Assembly: GCA_965247685.1 (NCBI GenBank)
Contig: OZ252021.1
Span: 1,080,001 to 1,112,000, forward strand
Direction: 5' to 3'
Origin: Bdellovibrionales bacterium
GTDB taxonomy: Bacteria > Bdellovibrionota > Bdellovibrionia > Bdellovibrionales > UBA1609
Length of the DNA: 32,000 bases
The notes beneath the pieces were generated by a model that saw only the letters and a program-made list of their open reading frames with translations, made no database searches and had not been told where the DNA came from. A program made the translations under genes and the position numbers. Shown one piece after another: positions 24,652-32,000 of this stretch. The first letter of the stretch is position 1; each line of letters opens with the position of its first letter.

Positions 24652-27600
24652 ATGAAAGATTCCATTCATTCAAAAAATAATTCAGAAAAGATTATGATTT
24701 TCGGAAGTGGTCCTATTGTAATTGGACAAGCTTGTGAGTTTGATTACTCAGGCACACAAGCATGCAAGGCCTTGATGCAAAAAGGCTACGAAGTTATACT
24801 CTTAAACTCCAATCCTGCAACCATCATGACGGATAAAGAAATTGCGAGTAAAGTTTATATTGAACCCCTTACAGTGGAATTTGTGGAAAAAATTTTTGAA
24901 GTCGAAAAACCAAAATATTTAATTCCAACACTAGGAGGTCAAACAGCTCTCAATCTGGCTTTAGAGCTTGGAAGAAAAGGTGTTCTAAAAAAATGGAATG
25001 TCGAATTAAAAGGAGCTTCTGTCGAAGCTATTGAAAGAGCAGAGGATCGTGAAAAGTTTAGAAATATATTAGATCAAGTGGATGCTCAATACTCTGAAAG
25101 TCACTTAGTTCACTCTTTTGAAGAAGGTATGGAAAAAGCTCAATCTATGGAGTTTCCTTTAATATTGAGACCTAATTATACCTTAGGTGGAAGTGGTGGG
25201 GGAGTGGCTCATTCGATAGATGAATTTGGAACATTACTTTCTGCTGCTTTGAGAGAAAGTCCTACTTCGGAAGTTTTAGTTGAAACTAGTTTGCTCGGGT
25301 GGAAAGAATTTGAGCTTGAGGTTATGAGGGATAAAAATGGAACATTTGTTGTAATTTGCTCCATAGAAAACTTTGATCCATGCGGTGTGCATACAGGAGA
25401 TAGTATGACTGTTGCACCTCAACAAACTTTAACGGATCAAGAATATCAAGAGATGCGAACGGAAGCTAAAAAAATTATAGAAGCTATTGGAGTAGAAACA
25501 GGAGGATCGAATATTCAATTTGCTGTTCATCCTCAAACTGGAGAAAGACTGGTGATTGAGATGAACCCACGTGTGAGCCGCTCTTCAGCCTTAGCAAGTA
25601 AGGCTACAGGTTTTCCCATCGCAAAAATTGCAGCACTTTTAGCTATGGGAGATACTCTGGATAAAATTCTCAACGATATTACTCAAACTACCCCTTCTTG
25701 CTATGAACCTGCACTGGATTATATTGTGACCAAGTGTCCTCGTTTTGATTTCGACAAGTATGAAGGAGCTCAAGATATTTTAACCACACAGATGAAAAGT
25801 GTGGGAGAAGCTATGGGTATTGGCCGAACCTTTATGGAATCTTTGATTAAATCTCTGGTGTCTATTGAGAAAAATATAAAACTTCTTTACTCTGTTGATT
25901 TTTCTGAGAAATATCTAACCTACCCAAATAGTCTTCGAATATTTTATATTTTTCAAGCTTTTCGCGACGGATACAGCGTGGAACAGGTATCAGACTGGAC
26001 AGGAATTACTCCATGGTTTTTAGAAAAAATTGCTTCTTTTATTGAGATTGAAAAATTAGATTTGAGTCAAACTGAAAATTTATTAAGGGCAAAGAGGGCA
26101 GGCTTTTCTGATGAGTGGATTGCTCATTTAACAGGAGAATTGGCGGAAAACATTCTCAAAAGAAGATGGAAAAAAAATATTCTTCCTGCTTTTTATTCCG
26201 TAGACACATGTGCTGGGGAGTTTCATTCTCAAACTCCTTATTATTACTCAACATATTGGGGGGCTCGGCGAGAGCGAGTTGCTCCACGTAAAAAATCGGT
26301 TGCTATTTTTGGAAGTGGTCCTAATCGTATTGGTCAAGGTATTGAGTTTGACTACAGTTGTGTGCGAAGTGTGAAAAAGTTGGATCAATGCGGCTACCAC
26401 ACTATTATGATTAATTCTAATCCTGAAACTGTTTCTACAGACTATGATACTTCTCACGAACTTTACTTTGAACCGTTGCAAGAAGAGTATGTCGTGGAAG
26501 TGCTCAAGTATACAGGAGCTGATTTTTTCTGCTCTCAATTTGGAGGTCAAACAGCTCTCGATTTAGTTCAACCAGCATTGAATGCAGGTTTTAAAATACT
26601 CGGTTCTTCTTTATCTACCATCGACTGTGCAGAAGATCGTGTTCGTTTTACAAAGCTTTGTAAAAAATCTGGTTTTCAAGTTCCTCAGTCTGGAGGAGCT
26701 TCTAACTTAAAGGAGGCTTTAAAAATTGCAGGTGAGATTGGCTATCCTCTGATGTGCCGCCCCAGCTATGTTTTGGGTGGGAGGCGAATGGAAATTATTG
26801 AAACAAAAGAAGAGTTGATGAGTTATTTTGAACGTTATCGGCATTTCATTTCATCTCAAAATTCTTGTTTATTGGATCAATTTTTAGAAGGATTTTTGGA
26901 AGTGGATGTGGATATGGTTCGAGCTCCAAAATGGAGTGTTATCGGAGGGGTATTGGAGCATGTGGAAGCAGCAGGTGTTCATAGTGGAGATAGTATGGGA
27001 GTTGTGTTGCCTCGTCGTTTGAAAAAAGAAATGTACAAAAAAATAGAAAATTGTGCCTTGTTGCTTGCAGATCGCTTGGATATTTGTGGTCTTTTGAATT
27101 TGCAGTTAGCTATTAAGAATGATGAAATTTTTGTGATAGAAGCAAATCCCAGAAGTTCTCGAAGTGTTCCATTTTTAGCCAAGGCCACAGGTATCCCGAT
27201 TGTGGACTTAGCTGTGGAGGCAATGATTCATCAAGAGCAGCCTTCATCTCACAAAGATTGGAAAAATATGAAAGAAACTTGTGTGAAGGGTGTCGTTTTT
27301 CCATTTAAAAAGTTTAATGATGTGGATTCTATTTTAGGACCAGAGATGAAATCCATAGGGGAGGTGATGGGGCGGGGGGAAGACTACTCAGAGGCAATGT
27401 TTAAATCTCTTATTGCGAGCCATTTGACTTTTCCTGAAAAAGGAGAGGTGTTTTTATCTTTGAAGGAAAAAGACAAGTCGTTCCTTTTGGAAGAAGTTAA
27501 AACTTTATTAGATTTAGGGTATTCTTTAAGTGCGACGAAAGGTACTGCAAGTTTTTTTCAGTCTCAGGGTATAGCCTGTTTGCCGGTTAAAAAGGTACAT

Positions 27601-27819
27601 GAAGGTCGTCCTCATTGTGTTGATCGTATTCGATCGGGTAAAGTGGTGTTTGTTTTTAATACAACTTCGGGTCGTCGATCGATTGAAGCAAGTTTTGGTA
27701 TTCGTCGAAGCTGCTTGGATTACAGTGTTCCTTGTTTAACAGAAAAAGATGCGATTATATCCTTCATATTGGTCCTGAAAAAAATAAAAAATCAATCTTT
27801 CAAAGTGAGGGCTCTTTAA
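24652..27819 (+). CDS. carB: Carbamoyl-phosphate synthase large subunit
   Basis: Duplicated ATP-grasp architecture ([24 protein letters not shown] and [22 protein letters not shown]), [23 protein letters not shown], and a C-terminal MGS-like domain. ATG 24652 is preferred over the track's TTG 24628. No carA is adjacent. Confidence 0.96.
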   Translation: MKDSIHSKNNSEKIMIFGSGPIVIGQACEFDYSGTQACKALMQKGYEVILLNSNPATIMTDKEIASKVYIEPLTVEFVEKIFEVEKPKYLIPTLGGQTALNLALELGRKGVLKKWNVELKGASVEAIERAEDREKFRNILDQVDAQYSESHLVHSFEEGMEKAQSMEFPLILRPNYTLGGSGGGVAHSIDEFGTLLSAALRESPTSEVLVETSLLGWKEFELEVMRDKNGTFVVICSIENFDPCGVHTGDSMTVAPQQTLTDQEYQEMRTEAKKIIEAIGVETGGSNIQFAVHPQTGERLVIEMNPRVSRSSALASKATGFPIAKIAALLAMGDTLDKILNDITQTTPSCYEPALDYIVTKCPRFDFDKYEGAQDILTTQMKSVGEAMGIGRTFMESLIKSLVSIEKNIKLLYSVDFSEKYLTYPNSLRIFYIFQAFRDGYSVEQVSDWTGITPWFLEKIASFIEIEKLDLSQTENLLRAKRAGFSDEWIAHLTGELAENILKRRWKKNILPAFYSVDTCAGEFHSQTPYYYSTYWGARRERVAPRKKSVAIFGSGPNRIGQGIEFDYSCVRSVKKLDQCGYHTIMINSNPETVSTDYDTSHELYFEPLQEEYVVEVLKYTGADFFCSQFGGQTALDLVQPALNAGFKILGSSLSTIDCAEDRVRFTKLCKKSGFQVPQSGGASNLKEALKIAGEIGYPLMCRPSYVLGGRRMEIIETKEELMSYFERYRHFISSQNSCLLDQFLEGFLEVDVDMVRAPKWSVIGGVLEHVEAAGVHSGDSMGVVLPRRLKKEMYKKIENCALLLADRLDICGLLNLQLAIKNDEIFVIEANPRSSRSVPFLAKATGIPIVDLAVEAMIHQEQPSSHKDWKNMKETCVKGVVFPFKKFNDVDSILGPEMKSIGEVMGRGEDYSEAMFKSLIASHLTFPEKGEVFLSLKEKDKSFLLEEVKTLLDLGYSLSATKGTASFFQSQGIACLPVKKVHEGRPHCVDRIRSGKVVFVFNTTSGRRSIEASFGIRRSCLDYSVPCLTEKDAIISFILVLKKIKNQSFKVRAL

Positions 27820-27966
27820 TTTTTGAATCATAATAGGAGCTTTTTGGCTTCAATATTGGAGTGAGTTTATAGAGTTTTATGCATAGCTCCTAATGTGTAT
27901 TCTTTTATTTCAGGTCTTTACAAAAAAAATAAAATATATTAAATTCAATTCCTCAGTAGGAAGAAT

Positions 27967-28854
27967 ATGTCAGTCATCGGTGTTAAAGGTTTATATAAAT
28001 CTTTTGAAAGAGGTTTTATTCCAAAACCTGTTTCTGTATTGAAAAATATTAGCTTTTCTGTTGAAGAAGGAAAAATTACTGGGTTTTTAGGTGCTAATGG
28101 TTCTGGAAAAACAACCACAATGAAGTGTATGCTTCAGCTCATTTGGCCGGATAAAGGAGAGTGTTGTTTTTTTGGAGATCAAAAACTTCATTCAGATTTA
28201 TGGTCTCGCATTGGTTTCTTACCGGAACATCCCTACTTTTATGATTTTTTAACTGGAGAGGAGTTTTTACTTTTTTATGGTCGGCTTTCAAATACCCAGC
28301 AAACGAGAGCGGATCTTCGTTCTCGAATTAATGTTTTGCTCAAAAAAATGGACCTGAGCAAAGATAGAGATAAAAAACTAAGACAATACTCTAAGGGGAT
28401 GCTTCAAAAAATTGGTCTGCTTCAAGCTGTTATTCATGAGCCAGACTTGCTGATTCTAGATGAACCTATGTCGGGTTTAGATTTTAATGGACGATCTTAT
28501 GTGATGGAGATCATTGATCAAGTGGCAAAGCAAGGGGCTTCTGTATTTTTAAGTAGTCATCTCTTGTATGATGTAGAAAAATTGTGTGAGAATTTAGTAG
28601 TTTTAAAAGAAGGCAAAGTGTTGTTTGAAGGAGAAATGGATGAATTTATTGAATCTGAAACAGAAACGATGTCCGTTATTTATCTGGATGAAAAGAGAGA
28701 AAATCAAGAGAAAGTAGTTTCGAATTTAGAGGAATGTCAAGAGTTCATTGATCAGTTGAGAACTAAAAAACTAGATATTGTGTCTGTTCAAAAAATAAGT
28801 AAAAATTTAGAAGAAACATTTAGGGAGCTGGCACTCAAGAAAAGGCAGTCATGA
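27967..28854 (+). CDS. ABC transporter ATP-binding protein (ABC-2 type; PilH-like by position in a pil cluster)
   Basis: Walker A GANGSGKTT, signature-like YSKGMLQKIGLLQA, Walker B LLILDEP, H-loop SSHLL. Sits upstream of an ABC-2 permease and pilD-pilM-pilN. Confidence 0.88.
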   Translation: MSVIGVKGLYKSFERGFIPKPVSVLKNISFSVEEGKITGFLGANGSGKTTTMKCMLQLIWPDKGECCFFGDQKLHSDLWSRIGFLPEHPYFYDFLTGEEFLLFYGRLSNTQQTRADLRSRINVLLKKMDLSKDRDKKLRQYSKGMLQKIGLLQAVIHEPDLLILDEPMSGLDFNGRSYVMEIIDQVAKQGASVFLSSHLLYDVEKLCENLVVLKEGKVLFEGEMDEFIESETETMSVIYLDEKRENQEKVVSNLEECQEFIDQLRTKKLDIVSVQKISKNLEETFRELALKKRQS

Positions 28855-29627
28855 GTTTTTTTAGAAATATTTTTATCTTAGCTACAAATGGATTTAACGA
28901 GGTTGTACGGCATCGATTTTTTTACGGCTTGCTCACTGTTGCTTTATTGATTATTGGTGTGGGTGTTTTATTGGGTCCTCTTTCCATGTCTGAAGAGCAA
29001 AGAATTACTATCAATTTTAGTTTGTTATCGACTCAAATTGTTTTGATTGCCGCTTCTATATTTTTTGGCAGTCTTTCTATCACTCGTGATATTGAAAAAA
29101 AGATTCTAATGACATTAATTACTCGCTCCACATCACGCTCTCAATATATCTTAGGTAAATTCTTAGGCATAGCAATGGTGATGTTTGTTGCGACTTGTCT
29201 GCTCGGTCTTATTTTAGCAGTATTATTTTATTTCTTTAAAGTTTCTTTGAATGAAATCTTTCTTCTATCTCTATGGGGTATTTACTTAGAAGCTATAGTT
29301 CTTCTTTCTATTTCTATTTTGTTTAGTTCTGTGACTTCTTCTTTTTTAATTATCTGCTATACAGTTTGTTTCTTTGTTGTGGGGCATTGGGTGGATACTT
29401 TGAAAGTTCTGCTCAAAGAAGTCAGAGAGCCTTGGGTTCATATGATCTCAGATTATGCGATACGTCTTATTCCTAATTTGGATAACTTTAATTGGAGAAG
29501 TCATGTGGTGTATCAGGATATAGTGCCTTTTGAAGAAGTTATTTTTTATTCTTGTTACGCTTTATTTTGGGTTATTTTCTTTATCTTTATTTCCATTAAG
29601 ATTTTTAATCGAAAAGATTTTGTTTAG
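28851..29627 (+). CDS. ABC-2 family transporter permease (PilI-like by position)
   Basis: 258 aa with about 6 hydrophobic helices. 4-nt ATGA overlap with the upstream ATPase gene. Confidence 0.75.
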   Translation: MSFFRNIFILATNGFNEVVRHRFFYGLLTVALLIIGVGVLLGPLSMSEEQRITINFSLLSTQIVLIAASIFFGSLSITRDIEKKILMTLITRSTSRSQYILGKFLGIAMVMFVATCLLGLILAVLFYFFKVSLNEIFLLSLWGIYLEAIVLLSISILFSSVTSSFLIICYTVCFFVVGHWVDTLKVLLKEVREPWVHMISDYAIRLIPNLDNFNWRSHVVYQDIVPFEEVIFYSCYALFWVIFFIFISIKIFNRKDFV

Positions 29628-30390
29628 TACTTATACGACCATAGGGTTTTTAACTTTTATCGTGGGTTTATTTATAGGCCGAGGGCTTTATTGTGCTGTT
29701 TTATTTTTTGAAGGTCGAAGAAAAATCTCTTTTTTCTGCTGCCTCAGTTGTGATCAAGTGATTGGATTTTTTCCTGTTGTATCTTGGTTGATTTCAAAGG
29801 GGCAGTGTTTCTACTGTCATCGTCATACAGATATTCGACAAATTGTTTTAGAACTTCTTACAGCTTTAGCTTTAATGGGTGTTTATTTAAATTACCCTTA
29901 TAGCTGGACAGGTCTTGAAGTGGGTTTGTTTGTACTTTTTGCTCTTGTGGCCTCCACGGTGGATCTCAAAAGAACTATCTTACCCGACACCTGCACCATT
30001 GGGGGATTATTGATAGCTCTTGTAGGAGCTTACTTCAATCCGGAACGAGAATTTATGAGTGCTTTTTGGGGAATGTGTATTGGTGGATTTTTTTTCTTAT
30101 TTTTGGGTTTAGGATACTACCTCTTACGTCGTCACGAGGGGCTTGGAGGAGGAGATATCAAAATGATGGCTTGGGTGGGTGCCCTAGTAGGTCCTCAAGG
30201 TGTTTTCAAAGTTATCCTTTTATCTAGTGTTTTAGGTTTAATTTACGGCTTTTGTTTATTACTCAAGAAGAATACAGGGTGGATGACAGGAGTTCCTTTT
30301 GGTCCTTATATTGCGTTTGCTACCTATACACTACTAGTTTTCTTTAAAGATACACTAGATTCTTGCATTGTTTATTTGTGTATTATTTAA
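29530..30390 (+). CDS. pilD: Type IV prepilin peptidase / N-methyltransferase (A24 family, PilD)
   Basis: N-terminal CLSC...CFYC zinc-binding pairs. Catalytic Asp motifs VDLKRTILPD and GLGGGDIKMM. Start is uncertain: ATG 29530 overlaps the permease gene by 98 nt, while in-frame TTG 29620 overlaps by only 8 nt and still precedes the first PilD-like helix. Confidence 0.9.
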   Translation: MKKLFFILVTLYFGLFSLSLFPLRFLIEKILFSTYTTIGFLTFIVGLFIGRGLYCAVLFFEGRRKISFFCCLSCDQVIGFFPVVSWLISKGQCFYCHRHTDIRQIVLELLTALALMGVYLNYPYSWTGLEVGLFVLFALVASTVDLKRTILPDTCTIGGLLIALVGAYFNPEREFMSAFWGMCIGGFFFLFLGLGYYLLRRHEGLGGGDIKMMAWVGALVGPQGVFKVILLSSVLGLIYGFCLLLKKNTGWMTGVPFGPYIAFATYTLLVFFKDTLDSCIVYLCII

Positions 30391-30443
30391 AAAAAATGTG
30401 TATAATGTGAATCTGCGAATGATTATGATGAAGGTTTTTTTTA

Positions 30444-31529
30444 ATGAGCTTATTGAATTTTTTGTCTTCTAAAAAGACTGTTTTTACATTAGACGTAGGT
30501 TCTCGTTTTATTAAGGCGGCTGAGTTTATATCTTCTGAAGATCAACTGATTCTGAAAAATTTTCACATGGAAGAATGTCCTCCTCAAGCTTTAGATAGAG
30601 GGAATGTGGTAGAAAAAGAACTGCTTTCAAAAGCTTTATCTTCCCTTTTTGTTAAAAAAGTTAAAATTGGATCAAAGTATGAATTGATACAGGCTATTGG
30701 GGGTTCTTCTGTGATTACAGGCACTCTCAATATTCCACAGTCGGAACACGAGAATGTTAAAAGTGAAAATATTAGACTTGAAGTGAGTCAGTACCTTCCT
30801 GTTGATTTAAACGAAGTTTATTATGTTGTTATGGATCTTCCTCGTCATAAAGATGACTTAGAAAATGTAGAAACGATTTTTCTGATTGCTATTAAAAAAG
30901 AAACATTGGCTAATTTTAACTTAGTAGCAGGAGCTGCTTCTTTAAAAGTAAGTGTGGATTATCCTTCAGTACTGGCATTAGGAAATAGTTTCGTCATGAA
31001 TCATAAAAATGACATCAATCCTGAGCAGTACAATATCATACTAAATATTGGTTTTCGAAGTTTAACTTTTTGTGTGATGAGGGGGGAGCACCTTGTTTTC
31101 TCTAGAGAGTTAATTATAGGTGTAGAGAATTATATGATAGAAATTCAAAACGAATTAGGTGTGAGCTATAAGGAAGCTCAAAGCTTATTAGATACAGCGT
31201 GTAAAAACGATTCGGTTCCCGATCAGGTGATGCATATCATTCAAAATTATAACTCTTTATGCTGTAGAGAAATATCTGTAGGTATGGACTATTTTTTAAA
31301 TTATTCACCTAAAGCTGATTTTTCCGCAGTGTATGCAAACGGGGGTGGAAAAATGATTCCTCAACTAAAATCTAAAATTTCTGAAAATCTTAATCTTCCA
31401 GTGCATGATTTACAAACACTTCGTGCCATTAAAACTCAAGGCTTTACAAAACAAAGAATTCAGGAGCTACAGCCATTTTTAGGAATTTGTACGGGTTTAG
31501 CACAAACTAAATTAATAAGAAAAAAATAG
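30444..31529 (+). CDS. pilM: Type IV pilus assembly protein PilM (actin-like ATPase fold)
   Basis: 361 aa. N-terminal LDVGSRFIKAAEF phosphate-1-like motif, length and position (before a PilN-like gene) are typical of PilM. Confidence 0.88.
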   Translation: MSLLNFLSSKKTVFTLDVGSRFIKAAEFISSEDQLILKNFHMEECPPQALDRGNVVEKELLSKALSSLFVKKVKIGSKYELIQAIGGSSVITGTLNIPQSEHENVKSENIRLEVSQYLPVDLNEVYYVVMDLPRHKDDLENVETIFLIAIKKETLANFNLVAGAASLKVSVDYPSVLALGNSFVMNHKNDINPEQYNIILNIGFRSLTFCVMRGEHLVFSRELIIGVENYMIEIQNELGVSYKEAQSLLDTACKNDSVPDQVMHIIQNYNSLCCREISVGMDYFLNYSPKADFSAVYANGGGKMIPQLKSKISENLNLPVHDLQTLRAIKTQGFTKQRIQELQPFLGICTGLAQTKLIRKK

Positions 31530-31575
31530 AATGAAGACTTTTTATGTGTTAACTTTAAAATAAGAGGGTGTTTGG

Positions 31576-32000
31576 ATGGTTAATTTTAAAAAAGTCGCAG
31601 AAAAAGATTCATCCATTAACGTCAGTTTATCCGACCAACTTCTTCAAGAAGTTCCAGATAAGAAGAGTGTGATTTTGATAGCTATTCAATTAGCCTTAAT
31701 TTGTGTAGCTCCAGCATCTTTGTATTCTTATGAGCAGTTCAATAAAAGTCAATTAATAAAAGCACAGGTACAGACGCAAGGCGAATTGGATATTGAAAAG
31801 ACTAAGCTTAAAAAACTGAAGGCTGAGTTAGCTAAATATAACGATCAAAATTTGAGACATGACGAATTTACAAAGAAAATAGATATATTAAAAACATTGG
31901 CAGAACAAAGAATTGTTACTATTCGTGTGCTGGATAGTATGCATTCAGCAACTGTCAATTTTCAAACTGAAGATTCAAATAGAGAATTTATATTCTTCAA
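31576..32000 (+). CDS. pilN: PilN-like type IV pilus assembly protein, 3'-truncated by window end
   Basis: ATG 31576 preceded by AAGAGGGTG. The frame is open to nt 32000 by hand translation: MVNFKKVAEK...SVILIAIQLALICVAPASLY (single TM), then a coiled-coil segment (LDIEKTKLKKLKAELAKYN). Lies immediately downstream of pilM. Confidence 0.7.
   Translation, partial: MVNFKKVAEKDSSINVSLSDQLLQEVPDKKSVILIAIQLALICVAPASLYSYEQFNKSQLIKAQVQTQGELDIEKTKLKKLKAELAKYNDQNLRHDEFTKKIDILKTLAEQRIVTIRVLDSMHSATVNFQTEDSNREFIFF

Noticed and set aside
24628-27819. carB without an adjacent carA, and gcvP (4946-7774) without gcvT/gcvH, as signs of unusual pathway organisation.
   Set aside because: Dispersed car and gcv genes are common in many bacterial lineages. 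Both proteins look full-length and canonical, so there is nothing to follow up from this window alone.
30395-30443. Perfect TATAAT hexamer (30401-30406) 38 nt upstream of pilM as a promoter.
   Set aside because: There is no convincing -35 at 16-18 bp spacing. TATAAT is expected by chance in this AT-rich DNA, and pilM may simply be co-transcribed with pilD.
1-32000. Search for defence systems, toxin-antitoxin pairs, restriction-modification, retrons, CRISPR-Cas, secretion-system effectors or biosynthetic clusters.
   Set aside because: No nuclease, methylase, reverse transcriptase, NTPase-STAND, TIR/SIR2, PIN/HEPN or similar signatures were recognisable in any ORF of 60 aa or more on either strand. 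Virtually all coding capacity is accounted for by housekeeping genes.

Overview
AT-rich (by eye) chromosomal segment of a Gram-negative bacterium, densely packed with about 30 protein genes and one tRNA, nearly all core housekeeping. In order: the tail of an Alternative Complex III operon (monoheme cytochrome c plus an ActF-like membrane subunit), rpoN, metK, a YfcH-like SDR, gcvP, diphosphomevalonate decarboxylase, dsbD and an initiator tRNA-fMet. Then come a divergent pair of orphan exported proteins, yajC-secD-secF, dut, an SH3-like membrane protein, mutL-miaA and a class-I biotin-ligase-like gene. These are followed by a large pseudo-receiver protein with tandem repeats, def-fmt, rpe, a tiny Flp-like pilin ORF and carB. 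The window ends with an ABC ATPase, ABC-2 permease, pilD, pilM and a 3'-truncated pilN. That last gene order matches the Myxococcus xanthus pilH-pilI-pilD-pilM-pilN arrangement. Together with ACIII, sigma-54 and a mevalonate-pathway gene, it suggests a Bdellovibrionota/Myxococcota-type lineage (inference only). I saw no transposase, integrase, CRISPR array, prophage or recognisable defence or toxin-antitoxin module, and no convincing novel multi-gene system. The most unusual loci are: (1) a 565-aa protein combining a receiver-like domain that lacks all phosphorylation-site residues except the conserved Lys, an S/T/P/N-rich linker and four near-identical 43-aa (129-bp) repeats; (2) a 76-aa Flp/Fap-type prepilin-like ORF translationally coupled to rpe; (3) a tRNA-adjacent divergent pair (lipoprotein plus small secreted helical protein) sharing a 440-bp repeat-rich control region; (4) a yajC 5' region carrying three perfect in-frame 15-bp repeats directly after a strong bidirectional terminator. 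All functional calls rest on motif recognition in the supplied translations; no database search was possible.
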